In this document: piece by piece, positions 41,136 to 50,640 of the stretch
Layout: every line of letters begins with the position of its first letter
Numbering within the stretch: the first letter of the stretch is position 1
NCBI GenBank assembly: GCA_016179185.1
Contig: JACORW010000104.1
Coordinates: 12,124 to 76,123, forward strand
Length of the DNA stretch: 64,000 nucleotides
Direction: 5' to 3'
Source of the DNA: Gammaproteobacteria bacterium
GTDB taxonomy: Bacteria; Pseudomonadota; Gammaproteobacteria; Eutrophobiales; Eutrophobiaceae
Program-made: the position numbers and the translations under genes
Notes under the pieces: generated by a model
The model's database searches: none
Told to the model about the DNA's origin: nothing
Seen by the model: only the letters and a program-made list of their open reading frames with translations

Positions 41136-41471
41136 ATGAGCGCCATCGACGAAATCAAATCTACCCTCGCCGGCAACCCGATTGTGCTGTTCATGAAAGG
41201 AACGCCGGAATTCCCCCAATGCGGCTTTTCCATGCGCACGGCCCAGGCCCTGAAGGCATGCAACGTCAAATTTGCCTACGTGGACGTGCTGGCGAATCCG
41301 CACATCCGCGCCGACCTGCCGAAAGTCTCCAACTGGCCGACGTTCCCCCAGGTTTTCGTCAATGGTGAACTGATCGGCGGCTGCGACATTACGCTGGAAC
41401 TGTACCGTACCGGGGAGCTTCAGCCACTGCTGACCAGGGCCGCGGGTGGTACGTCCGGGGACGGAAGCTGA
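41136..41471 (+). CDS. grxD: Monothiol glutaredoxin (Grx4 family)
   Basis: 111-aa ORF with a CGFS active site (FMKGTPEFPQCGFS) and WPTFPQVFVNGELIGGCD. Confidence 0.94.
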   Translation: MSAIDEIKSTLAGNPIVLFMKGTPEFPQCGFSMRTAQALKACNVKFAYVDVLANPHIRADLPKVSNWPTFPQVFVNGELIGGCDITLELYRTGELQPLLTRAAGGTSGDGS

Positions 41472-41476
41472 GTCGT

Positions 41477-42196
41477 TTAACCGCGGTTCTTGTTCCTTAG
41501 CCAGATACAACGGCCCTCACTGGCGCGATCGATGTCCGCCAGTCGGCGTTCATGGGCCGCCGTTTCCCCGGCAGTGGGAGTGATGACGCGCAGCCCGCGC
41601 CGCGGAGTCGTGGTGCCCGCCGCCCGTGCCGATGTCACGGTAGTCGCCGGGCGCCCCCCATCCAGCCACAGGGCCGCCTGACCGCCGGTCATTGCCAGAT
41701 AAACATCCGCCAGCAATTGCGCGTCCCGCAACGCGCCGTGCAGATCTCGTCCGGAGCTGTCCACGCGGTAACGGGCGCACAGGGCGTCCAGACTGTTCTT
41801 CTGTCCCGGATGCTTCTCCCGCGCCAGCGCGAGGCTGTCGAGCACCGTGCAATGTTCGGCGAACATGCCCCAGTGCGGTCCCAGCCGCTGGAGCTCCGCA
41901 TTGATGAACTCCACGTCGAAGGCGGCGTTATGGATGATGACCTCGCTGCCGCGGACAAACTCGAGCAATGCCTCCGCTATTTCCGCGAAGCGCGGCTTGC
42001 CCGCCAGCTCCTGCGCGCTGATCCCGTGCACGTTGAATGCCCCGGTCTCAATGTCGCGCTCCGGGTTCAGATAATGATGGAACACCCGATCCGAGCGGCG
42101 GCGATTGCGCAACTCCACGCAGCCGATCTCGATAATCCGGTGCCCCTGGGCCGGATCCAGCCCTGTGGTTTCAGTGTCGAGCACGACCTGGCGCAT
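41477..42196 (-). CDS. dnaQ: DNA polymerase III epsilon subunit (3'-5' proofreading exonuclease)
   Basis: 239-aa ORF with ExoI-III motifs (VVLDTETTGLD, IIHNAAFDVEF, HGALRDAQLLADVY). Confidence 0.93.
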   Translation of the reverse strand: MRQVVLDTETTGLDPAQGHRIIEIGCVELRNRRRSDRVFHHYLNPERDIETGAFNVHGISAQELAGKPRFAEIAEALLEFVRGSEVIIHNAAFDVEFINAELQRLGPHWGMFAEHCTVLDSLALAREKHPGQKNSLDALCARYRVDSSGRDLHGALRDAQLLADVYLAMTGGQAALWLDGGRPATTVTSARAAGTTTPRRGLRVITPTAGETAAHERRLADIDRASEGRCIWLRNKNRG

Positions 42197-42201
42197 GCGG
42201 T

Positions 42202-42645
42202 TCAGTCCGTCACGAGCAGCTTCCCGATGGCCGCCACGGCCAGTCGATCCACTCGCTCATTTTCCGGGTGCCCGGCGTGACCCGGTACCCAGTGCCAGCT
42301 TATCTCGTGGGCCTGGGTCAATCGTTCCAGCTCCCGCCACAGATCGACGTTCTTGACCGGTTTCTTGCCGGCAGTTTTCCAGTCGCGCCGTTTCCACTGC
42401 GGCAGCCAGATCGTAATACCGTTGCGAACGTATTCCGAGTCGGTTGTGAGTTCCACCCGGCAGCGGCGTTTGAGCGCTGCGAGCGCGCGGATTGCCGCGG
42501 TCAGCTCCATGCGGTTGTTGGTGGTCTCGCGCTCCGCTCCGGAAAGTTCCTGCTCCCGGCCCCGAAAGCGCAGCAGTGCCGCCCATCCGCCGGGCCCCGG
42601 GTTTCCCTTGCAGGCGCCGTCGGTGAATATCTGCACGGTATTCAT
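42202..42645 (-). CDS. rnhA: Ribonuclease HI
   Basis: From the Met at 42645: [48 protein letters not shown]...[17 protein letters not shown]. Confidence 0.94.
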   Translation of the reverse strand: MNTVQIFTDGACKGNPGPGGWAALLRFRGREQELSGAERETTNNRMELTAAIRALAALKRRCRVELTTDSEYVRNGITIWLPQWKRRDWKTAGKKPVKNVDLWRELERLTQAHEISWHWVPGHAGHPENERVDRLAVAAIGKLLVTD

Positions 42646-43388
42646 TCGCAACTCCCCCGGGTGCTGGGTTCGGCCATTCCGGCCGCTATCAGCGTGCGCC
42701 GCGACTGCCAGCGCATTTTCACCGGTGTCAACGCGATGACGCGCTTGCGCGCCACGATGATCATGGATGCGCCCAGCGCCGGCCACAACGCGGCACCGAG
42801 GTTCTCCAGCCAGCCGAACCGGCCCATGGCGCGGCGCAATGGCGGACGAAACGCACAGCGATGCACCGCCACGACGTCAAAGTCCAGCAACGACAGCCAG
42901 TCGCGGATGCGGGCTGCCGAATAAAAATTGCCGTTCCAGGGCGACCGGCCGCGCCAGCACAGCAACCACCGCCACAGCCCGAACAGGCTCCATGGATTGA
43001 GCGCTAGCACCACCAGATGTCCCTCGCCTATCAACGCGCGCTCCACCTCGCGCAATATCCGGTGCGGGTTCCGGGCAAACTCCAGCATATGGGGCAACAC
43101 GATGACGTCAATGGCGTCGGACGCGAGCGGCAGGCTGTCCGCGGCAGCCACAACGGTGCCTGGCGGCAGCCCTGTCTCCGCGCAGGAGCTCAGCAACAGC
43201 CGGTGATGAATGCGGCTGGATTCCACCAGTTTCGTATCCGCCGGCCGTCCAATCGTCACGAGGTGATATCCGAACAGCCCGGGCAGCAGTGCAGCCAGCT
43301 GCCCGCCCTCCAGTCCCAGCAGGTAGGCGCCCACGGGGCCGGCAAACCATTCGCGGAGCGACAATTCATTGTCCGGGTGCGCCAGCAC
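42642..43388 (-). CDS. Class I SAM-dependent methyltransferase (YafS-like position next to rnhA/gloB)
   Basis: 248-aa ORF. The methyltransferase-fold region includes [11 protein letters not shown]. It has an ATGA overlap with rnhA. Confidence 0.65.
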   Translation of the reverse strand: MLAHPDNELSLREWFAGPVGAYLLGLEGGQLAALLPGLFGYHLVTIGRPADTKLVESSRIHHRLLLSSCAETGLPPGTVVAAADSLPLASDAIDVIVLPHMLEFARNPHRILREVERALIGEGHLVVLALNPWSLFGLWRWLLCWRGRSPWNGNFYSAARIRDWLSLLDFDVVAVHRCAFRPPLRRAMGRFGWLENLGAALWPALGASMIIVARKRVIALTPVKMRWQSRRTLIAAGMAEPSTRGSCE

Positions 43389-43455
43389 GATTCAGCTCCC
43401 GCTACGGTCCGCGGGGAGAGTTGACGCCCGGGGCCGTGATTGCCAGCATGAGGTC

Positions 43456-44226
43456 ATGCTGGAGATTAAACCAGTCGCCGCGTTTCGCGACAATTACATC
43501 TGGCTGGCAATCCATCCCGATTCGCGCCGGACCGCCATCGTCGACCCGGGTGACGCGGCACCCGTGCTCGCGGCGGTGCGTCGCCACAGGCTGCGCCCGT
43601 GCGCCATCCTCATTACGCATCATCATTCCGATCACGTGGGCGGCGTTCATGGGCTGCTGGAGGAATTTCCGGTGCCGGTGTACGGCCCGGCCGCCGAGGA
43701 TATCCCGGCGCGGAGCGTCGATCTCCGGTCCGGGGACCGTATCCGCCTCGACGAACTCGATAGCGAATATGAAGTGCTCGGGGTCCCGGGTCACACGCTT
43801 GGCCATATTGCCTACCACGGCCACGGGATCGTATTCGCCGGCGACACTCTGTTCATGGGTGGTTGCGGGAGATTGTTCGAGGGAACAGCGCAGCAGATGT
43901 TTGATTCACTTGATTGCCTCGCCGGCCTGCCGGACACCACGCAGGTCTACTGCGCCCACGAATATACCCAGGCCAATCTGCGTTTTGCCGCGGCTGTGGA
44001 GCCCGGTAATCGCGATGTGACGGATCGGATCCGGGCAGTTGCCGCAATGCGGTCGCAGGGCGTTCCAACCGTCCCGGCGACGGTGGCAGTGGAAAAAAAG
44101 ACCAATCCATTCCTGCGCGCCCGCGTTGCGGCGGTCCGGGACGCCGCATCGCAGTACGCGGGACGGAACATTCTGGACCCGGTATCCGTGTTCGCGACCA
44201 TTCGAGCGTGGAAGGATGTGTTCTAA
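43456..44226 (+). CDS. gloB: Hydroxyacylglutathione hydrolase (glyoxalase II)
   Basis: From the Met at 43456: MLEIKPVAAFRDNYIWLAI...ITHHHSDHVGG...GHTLGHIAY...CAHEYT. Confidence 0.93.
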   Translation: MLEIKPVAAFRDNYIWLAIHPDSRRTAIVDPGDAAPVLAAVRRHRLRPCAILITHHHSDHVGGVHGLLEEFPVPVYGPAAEDIPARSVDLRSGDRIRLDELDSEYEVLGVPGHTLGHIAYHGHGIVFAGDTLFMGGCGRLFEGTAQQMFDSLDCLAGLPDTTQVYCAHEYTQANLRFAAAVEPGNRDVTDRIRAVAAMRSQGVPTVPATVAVEKKTNPFLRARVAAVRDAASQYAGRNILDPVSVFATIRAWKDVF

Positions 44227-44314
44227 TCGGCGAGACCATCCAGCGGGTATATTGCTGTTTTATCATTGATTTGACGCTTGACCGATCCGGAGGCGCCGCC
44301 TAGCATGGATTGCC

Positions 44315-45931
44315 GTGCGCCTGCCATCCATTATCGCCCTGGCACTGGTAATCGCCGGTTGCTCTTCCGACCCGGCCCGCACGGGTTCCCCTGGCACCCA
44401 CGCTAGGGACATTCGCACCGGAACCATCCAGTCCGACGGGATCGCGGAGCCGGTACCCGAGGCCCCCTCCGAGATGCCGTCTGCCGATGCTTCGTCCCTG
44501 CAGGGCGACGTGTGGCATCGGCTGCGCGCCGGACTCAGCATGGATCGCCACCTGTCGCAGCCGGTAGTGCGGGAAAAGCTTGCTTTCTATGCCCGCAAAC
44601 AGGAATTTCTGGATCGGGTTGCGGAACGCGCCCGGCCATACCTGTTCTACATCGCCGAAGCGCTGCAGCGCCGCAACCTGCCGGCGGAATTGGCGTTGTT
44701 GCCCATAGTGGAAAGCGCCTACCAGCCGTTTGCGTATTCGCGCAGCCGTGCCTCCGGCATTTGGCAGTTCATTCCCGGCACGGGCAAGCGTTACGGACTG
44801 AAGCAGAACTGGTGGTATGACGGCCGGCGCGATGTCATCGAGTCCACGCGCGCCGCCCTGGACTACCTGGAACGCCTGAACCAGGAGTTCAACGGCGACT
44901 GGCTGCTGGCGCTGGCGGCATACAACGCCGGCGAGATGAACGTGCAACTGGCCGTGGATCAGAGCCGCAAGGCAGGGCGCGGCACCGACTTTTTCTCCCT
45001 GCGGCTGCCGCGCGAAACGCGGGGATATGTTCCCAGCCTTCTGGCCGTCGCCGAGTTGCTGGCCGACGCCGGGCGTTACAACGTACATTGGCAGCCGATC
45101 CCCAACATTCCCTATTTCTCCATTGTGGAGATCGATGGGCAAATAGATATGGACACCGCGGCCCGCCTGGCGCGCCTTTCGCGCGACGAGTTTCGCCATT
45201 TGAATCCCGGCTTCAGCCAATGGGCGACGGATCCCGACGGCCCGCACCGCATTCTGGTACCGGTGGCCGCTGCCGTGGAATTCGCGCAAGGCGTGGCACA
45301 ACTGCCCCCCGACGAGCGCGTCAAATGGCAACAGCATGTCGTTCGCAGCGGCGACACCCTGGGCGGGATCTCGCGGCGCTACCACACCTCCGTGGACGCC
45401 TTGCGCACGACCAACAGCCTGCGCGGCAACCTGATCCGCGTCGGTCAGGTGCTGCTGATCCCGTCGGGGCCACCGGCGGGTGCCGGTACATTTACCGTCG
45501 CCGCCACGTCGCTGCCCGCAGAACCCGTGGCCGCACCGCTCGCGGCGGCCGCACCGGCGGGATTTCATACGGTCAGGCCCGGCGACACGCTGTGGGACAT
45601 CGGCCGCAGGCATGGCGTCAGCCCGGCACAACTGGCCGCCTGGAACGGCCTCGGCGGGCAGACACTTCTGCAACCCGGCCAGAAGCTACGGGTCAGCATG
45701 CCGGAATCTCCGCCGCGGCCCGCCTCGCTCGTGGCCGCGGCATACGTGAATCAGTTACCGGCCGCCAGTTACACGGTGCGCCAGGGCGATTCGTTGTGGC
45801 TTATCTCGAAGCGCTTCGGCGTGTCCGTCGCGCAATTGCAGGAGTGGAACCGGCTGCGCCACGGCAGCGTTCTGCAGCCCGGGCAGACGCTGATCGTGTC
45901 GGAACCAGACGCGGCCACCCAGGACGTTTAG
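44315..45931 (+). CDS. mltD: Membrane-bound lytic murein transglycosylase D (SLT domain plus LysM repeats)
   Basis: 538-aa ORF with a lipobox (ALVIAGCSS), an SLT catalytic region (LPIVESAYQPFAYSRSRASGIWQF) and three LysM repeats (GDTLGGISRRY, GDTLWDIGRRHG, GDSLWLISKRFG). Confidence 0.9.
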   Translation: MRLPSIIALALVIAGCSSDPARTGSPGTHARDIRTGTIQSDGIAEPVPEAPSEMPSADASSLQGDVWHRLRAGLSMDRHLSQPVVREKLAFYARKQEFLDRVAERARPYLFYIAEALQRRNLPAELALLPIVESAYQPFAYSRSRASGIWQFIPGTGKRYGLKQNWWYDGRRDVIESTRAALDYLERLNQEFNGDWLLALAAYNAGEMNVQLAVDQSRKAGRGTDFFSLRLPRETRGYVPSLLAVAELLADAGRYNVHWQPIPNIPYFSIVEIDGQIDMDTAARLARLSRDEFRHLNPGFSQWATDPDGPHRILVPVAAAVEFAQGVAQLPPDERVKWQQHVVRSGDTLGGISRRYHTSVDALRTTNSLRGNLIRVGQVLLIPSGPPAGAGTFTVAATSLPAEPVAAPLAAAAPAGFHTVRPGDTLWDIGRRHGVSPAQLAAWNGLGGQTLLQPGQKLRVSMPESPPRPASLVAAAYVNQLPAASYTVRQGDSLWLISKRFGVSVAQLQEWNRLRHGSVLQPGQTLIVSEPDAATQDV

Positions 45932-45987
45932 TGCAGGCAGCCGCCGCCCGTTCCCGGGGCGGCGCTGCCCGCAATAATTCAATCTCC

Positions 45988-48246
45988 GTGACACTCATCA
46001 AATTTCTCGCCCGCATGCTGCTGCGTGCGCTGTACCGCGTTGACGTGCGCGGCATGGAACATTTTCATGCAGCCGGGAAACGGGTGCTCATCGTGGCCAA
46101 CCACGTGTCCCTGCTGGACGGCGTATTGCTGTTCGCCTACCTGCCGGAAATCCCGACGTTCGCGATCAATACGCGAATTGCATCGCGCCCGTTGTTCCGG
46201 CCGTTCCTGCGCTGTGTCGATCTCTTCATCATGGATCCGACCAACCCGCTGTCCGTGAAATCCATGGTCCGCTTTCTGCGCACGGACAGGAAGGCGGTCA
46301 TATTCCCCGAGGGAAGAATCACCATCACCGGCGTGCCGATGAAGGTTTACGAAGGACCGGGCATGATCGCGGATCGCGCCGATGCCCCGGTGCTGCCGAT
46401 CTCGATCGGAGGCGCGCAATACACGCCTTTCGCCTATCTCAAGGACCCGGATCAGATGCGCTGGTTTCCGAAGATCACGCTCATCGTCCACCCGCCCAGG
46501 CGACTGCTTCCGGACGCTGCCGCCACCGGCCACGATCGGCGCAAGGCAGCCGGTATCGCGCTGCAACGCATTCTGTTCCACCTGTTTTACGAAACCTTTG
46601 ATGCGCGCCGGACGGTGTTCGCCGCGTTTCTTGGCAGCCGCGGGCTGTTGCCCGGCCATCGGCCGTTCATTGAGGACGTGAACCGCAATCTGCTGACCCG
46701 CGACGGATTTCTGTTGCGAGTGCTGGGTCTGGCGCGCGCAATCCGGCGTCATGTGGCCGCCGGGGAAAGCATCGGCGTGCTGCTGCCGAATACGGTTGCG
46801 ACGCCGGCGGTGTTCATGGCGCTGCAATACCTCGGCTGTGTCCCGGCGATGCTGAACTACACCGTCGGTGGCCAGGTCCTCCTGCAGGCCTGCGACGCGG
46901 GTGGAATACGGCGGATAATCACGGCGCGGGCTTTCGTCGAACAGGCGCATCTTGGCCCGGCGCTGGACACGCTCGGGTCCGGCGTGGAAGTGCGCTTCCT
47001 CGAAGACTTGCGCGCGGAAATCGGCTGGCTGGACCACCTGGTCGCTCTGCTGTCCGCCCCCTGGGCGGGCGTGTTGTACAAGTTCCGCGTCCCGCATCGC
47101 AACCCGGACCAGCCCGCGCTGATACTGTTCACGTCCGGCTCCGAGGGCGTCCCCAAGGGCGTGGCATTGTCGCACGCAAATCTGCTGTCAAATTTCGCGC
47201 AGGTCCGCTGCCACATTGATTTCCGTCCCTCGGATCTGTTGTTCTCGTGCCTGCCGTTGTTCCACTCCTTTGGTCTCAACGCGGGCTTCATCATGCCCAT
47301 GCTGGCGGGCTGCCGGATATTCCTGTATCCGACACCACTGCACTACCGGATCATCCCGGAGCTGATTTACGAACTCGGGGCGACCATCCTGTTCAGCACC
47401 AATACGTTCCTGAAGGGGTACGCGCGCCATGCCCATCCCTATGACATGACGACATTGCGCTACGTCGTCGCGGGAGCGGAGCGCCTCGGCGAAGACACCG
47501 TGCGCGCGTGGAGCGAAAAATTCGGTGTGCGCGTGCTGCAGGGTTACGGCGTAACCGAGGCCAGCCCGGTGATTGCCGTCAACACGCCGCTGGCCAACCG
47601 TCCCGGTACCGTCGGCCAGTTGCTGCCGGGCATGGAGTGTTACCTGGCGCCGGTGCCCGGCATCAACGAAGGCGGGCGGCTGGTGGTGCGCGGACCAAAC
47701 GCAATGCTGGGATATCTGCTGCCCGGCCGGAACGACATTGTCCCCGCGGCGGCGGACCGCGGTCCCGGCTGGCACGATACCGGAGACATCGCCACTGTGG
47801 ATGCCGACGGTTATATCACGATCCTCGGCCGGGCCAGGCGTTTTGCAAAGATCGGCGGCGAAATGATCTCGCTGACCGCCGTGGAGGAACTGGCTCAGCG
47901 CGTCTGGCCCGGACACAGCCATGCTGCCCTGAGTCTGGCGGACGAACGCAAGGGAGAAAAGATCCACCTGGTCACCTCGCATCACGGGGCCACGCGCAGG
48001 GAACTGCAGGATGCGGCGCGCGCGCTGCAGTACGGAGAACTGTACCTGCCGCGCCGAATCGTGCTGATCGATGCGATGCCGGTCCTCAGTACCGGCAAGA
48101 CCGACTATGTCGCGCTGCAGCAGCTGGCGCAGGAGGAAGATTCCCGCAACACCGGCTGGATCCGGCGGCTCGGGGAGATACTGGGACACGAATACCCCGG
48201 ACGGATCGCCGCGGGCTCGGACTGCGGCGCGGGACAGTTGCACTGA
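45988..48246 (+). CDS. aas: Bifunctional 2-acylglycerophosphoethanolamine acyltransferase / acyl-ACP synthetase (Aas-like)
   Basis: The 3' part of ORF 45088-48246, starting at the GTG at 45988, has PlsC acyltransferase HX4D (IVANHVSLLDG) and PEGRIT motifs. These are followed by an AMP-binding domain (LILFTSGSEGVPKGV, YGVTEA, GDIATVDADGYITILGR). The 5' 300 codons overlap mltD and are an artefact. Confidence 0.85.
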   Translation: MTLIKFLARMLLRALYRVDVRGMEHFHAAGKRVLIVANHVSLLDGVLLFAYLPEIPTFAINTRIASRPLFRPFLRCVDLFIMDPTNPLSVKSMVRFLRTDRKAVIFPEGRITITGVPMKVYEGPGMIADRADAPVLPISIGGAQYTPFAYLKDPDQMRWFPKITLIVHPPRRLLPDAAATGHDRRKAAGIALQRILFHLFYETFDARRTVFAAFLGSRGLLPGHRPFIEDVNRNLLTRDGFLLRVLGLARAIRRHVAAGESIGVLLPNTVATPAVFMALQYLGCVPAMLNYTVGGQVLLQACDAGGIRRIITARAFVEQAHLGPALDTLGSGVEVRFLEDLRAEIGWLDHLVALLSAPWAGVLYKFRVPHRNPDQPALILFTSGSEGVPKGVALSHANLLSNFAQVRCHIDFRPSDLLFSCLPLFHSFGLNAGFIMPMLAGCRIFLYPTPLHYRIIPELIYELGATILFSTNTFLKGYARHAHPYDMTTLRYVVAGAERLGEDTVRAWSEKFGVRVLQGYGVTEASPVIAVNTPLANRPGTVGQLLPGMECYLAPVPGINEGGRLVVRGPNAMLGYLLPGRNDIVPAAADRGPGWHDTGDIATVDADGYITILGRARRFAKIGGEMISLTAVEELAQRVWPGHSHAALSLADERKGEKIHLVTSHHGATRRELQDAARALQYGELYLPRRIVLIDAMPVLSTGKTDYVALQQLAQEEDSRNTGWIRRLGEILGHEYPGRIAAGSDCGAGQLH

Positions 48247-48299
48247 CGGCACGATGAAGAACGGATTTCATGCAGTCCGCCGCCCCGGGCGGCGGGCGA

Positions 48300-49115
48300 T
48301 CATTGCTCGCGTGTGAGCGGGACAAATCCCACCGGCAGCACGTCCTCCACGTCCAGTTCTCCGGCGGCATTCTTGCGCAGCAACTGGAGCGACTGCGCAT
48401 CCCGCGCCGGCCCCACCGGCACCACCAGCCGCCCGCCCGGACGCAATTGCTCCAGCAGCGGCGGCGGAATCTTTTCCGGTGCCGCGGTAACCAGAATGGC
48501 ATCGAAGGGCGCAAACTCCGGCCAGCCGTGGTATCCGTCCCCGATGCGCACCTGTACATTGGCGTAACCGAGACGGTGCAGGTCGGTTTCCGCGCGCCGC
48601 CCCAGTTCCGGGATGATCTCGATCGAATAGACCCGCTTTACCAGCGTCGCCAGCACGGCGGCCTGATACCCCGAACCGGTGCCGATCTCGAGTACGACAT
48701 CGTCGGGCTGCAGGTCCGCAAGCTCGGTCATCAAGGCGACAATGTAGGGCTGCGAAATCGTCTGACCGTGGCCGATGGGCAGCGGGCGATTCTCGTAGGC
48801 CAGGCCGCGCAATTCCACCGGAACGAACTCGTGCCGCGGAACCCGGGCCATGGCTTCCAGCACCCGGGGGCTGAACCGCTGGCGTCCGGTGTACGCCTGC
48901 GTGCGTTGCACCGTGTCGGCGATTTCATCCAGCATCCGCCGGTGCAGGGCCTTGAAATCAACGGGCTGCACGGCGTGCGCACCGAGGCACATGCCCACCA
49001 TCAACATGGCCATGGACCTGAGACGCCACCTGCGACCGACGCCGATCATTATGAAAGAATAGCAAATGGCGGGGCCGGCAATATTCAATATTGCACGCCT
49101 GCGCCGTTTCCCCAT
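48300..49115 (-). CDS. Protein-L-isoaspartate O-methyltransferase paralogue with a predicted signal peptide
   Basis: 271-aa ORF with Pcm motifs ([38 protein letters not shown]) preceded by a hydrophobic leader ([17 protein letters not shown]). The start is uncertain (49115, 49049 or 49013). Confidence 0.8.
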   Translation of the reverse strand: MGKRRRRAILNIAGPAICYSFIMIGVGRRWRLRSMAMLMVGMCLGAHAVQPVDFKALHRRMLDEIADTVQRTQAYTGRQRFSPRVLEAMARVPRHEFVPVELRGLAYENRPLPIGHGQTISQPYIVALMTELADLQPDDVVLEIGTGSGYQAAVLATLVKRVYSIEIIPELGRRAETDLHRLGYANVQVRIGDGYHGWPEFAPFDAILVTAAPEKIPPPLLEQLRPGGRLVVPVGPARDAQSLQLLRKNAAGELDVEDVLPVGFVPLTREQ

Positions 49116-49165
49116 TGTGCCGCCGGCTAAATGCCCGCAGAAATTTTCCGCAGAAGGAACCGACC

Positions 49166-49681
49166 ATGGACAGACTCCGCAACTGCATCAGAAATATCCC
49201 GGATTTTCCCAAACCCGGCATCCAGTTCAAGGACATCACGCCACTGGTCCGGGATCCCGCCATGTTGCGGCTGGCCGTGCATCAGCTGATTCACCCTTTC
49301 CTCGGAGAACGCCTGACCGCCGTCGCCGGCATGGAGGCGCGCGGGTTCATCTTCGGCGCCCTGGCCGCGTGGGAGCTGGGCCTCGGATTCGTGCCGTTGC
49401 GCAAGCCCGGCAAACTCCCGTATGACGTGCAGGCATTAAGTTACGACCTGGAATACGGCTCGGCGAGCCTGGAAGTACACGTGGACGCGGTCAACCGGGG
49501 CGATCGCGTTTTACTCGTGGACGATCTGATTGCCACCGGCGGCACCGCGGCCGCAAGTTGCGCATTGATCGAGAAACTGGGCGCCGAAGTGGCTGGTTGC
49601 GCCTTCGTCGTGGAACTGGACGGTCTTGGCGGCCGCGCGCGTCTCGCGCGCCATGCGTTCCATTCGCTGCTGCGGTATTGA
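49166..49681 (+). CDS. apt: Adenine phosphoribosyltransferase
   Basis: From the Met at 49166: [27 protein letters not shown]...[14 protein letters not shown]. Confidence 0.94.
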   Translation: MDRLRNCIRNIPDFPKPGIQFKDITPLVRDPAMLRLAVHQLIHPFLGERLTAVAGMEARGFIFGALAAWELGLGFVPLRKPGKLPYDVQALSYDLEYGSASLEVHVDAVNRGDRVLLVDDLIATGGTAAASCALIEKLGAEVAGCAFVVELDGLGGRARLARHAFHSLLRY

Positions 49682-49685
49682 GCCA

Positions 49686-50447
49686 TTACACCAGACCGCC
49701 GTTGATGTTCAATACCTGGCCGGTAATGTAGGCGGCGTCATCGGAGACCAGGAAGACCGCGGCGGCGGCCACCTCCTCGGCCAGGCCAAACCGCCCCAGC
49801 GGGATCTCGCGCCGGCGTTGTTCAAAATATTCCGGCGCCATCACGCCATCGGCAAATGCTGTGCGGATCCAACCCGGCGCCAGCACATTTACCCGCACCT
49901 TCGGGGCCAGCTCCAGCGCGAGGGCGCGGCTGAATCCCAGCACGCCCGCCTTGACCGCCGCGAACATCTGCGGGTTGCGCCCCGGCAGACCGGTGAGGGC
50001 GAGATCCCAGGACATATTCAGGATCACGCCCCTGCCGGCCGCGACCATATCCGGGGCGATGGCCCAGCAACATTCCATCGCGCCCTTGAGGTCAACCTCC
50101 AGCAGCCGGCGCAATTTGGCCCGGTCATCGTCCCGGGCTCCGTCGCCGGTGAGGATGTCCGCGCCGGCGTTATTGATCCAGATATCCGGGACGCCGAGAT
50201 GCTCACGGGCGCGCCTGACAAGCTCTGCAATCCCCTCGCTGTCCCCGACATCCGCGGCGACGGCGAACGCCCGCCGCCCGGCGGATCTGATCTCCTCGAC
50301 CACGTCCTCTGCCCGGCGCGCGGACGTGCGGTAATTGATCACCACATCGCAGCCTTCGGCGGCAAGGGCCAGGGACATGGCACGGCCGATGCCGCTGCTG
50401 GCGCCGGTGACCACCGCTTTTCTGCCCTGCAAACGTAATGTGTTCAT
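49686..50447 (-). CDS. Short-chain dehydrogenase/reductase (SDR) family oxidoreductase
   Basis: 253-aa ORF with TGASSGIG cofactor motif and NNAG. Catalytic region recognised by eye. Confidence 0.85.
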   Translation of the reverse strand: MNTLRLQGRKAVVTGASSGIGRAMSLALAAEGCDVVINYRTSARRAEDVVEEIRSAGRRAFAVAADVGDSEGIAELVRRAREHLGVPDIWINNAGADILTGDGARDDDRAKLRRLLEVDLKGAMECCWAIAPDMVAAGRGVILNMSWDLALTGLPGRNPQMFAAVKAGVLGFSRALALELAPKVRVNVLAPGWIRTAFADGVMAPEYFEQRRREIPLGRFGLAEEVAAAAVFLVSDDAAYITGQVLNINGGLV

Positions 50448-50496
50448 CGGAGATCGCCGCGTTTTGAGCCAGCGTAAAGCGTTTCACGGCACGTGG

Positions 50497-50599
50497 GAAT
50501 GTAAAGTTGAAGGTGAAAAGTGCAAAGTAAAATACATACTCCTATACAATTCGGATGCGCCCGCCACACTTTTCACTTTCCACTTTCAACTTTTCAAGG
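50497..50599. repeat. AT-rich long hairpin with arms made of degenerate 7-nt repeats (heptad hairpin 2)
   Basis: The left arm (50497-50522, GAATGTAAAGTTGAAGGTGAAAAGTG) pairs with the right arm (50567-50599, CACTTTTCACTTTCCACTTTCAACTTTTCAAGG). The inner 10 bp are perfect, and the right arm carries one extra heptad. The arms are TGNAAAG/CTTTYMA repeats and the loop is 44 nt. It lies between the SDR gene start and the glnE-C stop. Confidence 0.8.
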
Positions 50600-50640
50600 G
50601 GCGGCGCGCCGGGGTCCACGTGCCGGCAGCGTCAGCGAAT

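Noticed and set aside
45088-45987. 300-codon 5' extension of the Aas-like ORF (45088-48246).
   Set aside because: The extension overlaps the 3' half of mltD in another frame, is Arg/Gly/Ala-rich nonsense, and recognisable acyltransferase sequence begins only at the GTG at 45988.
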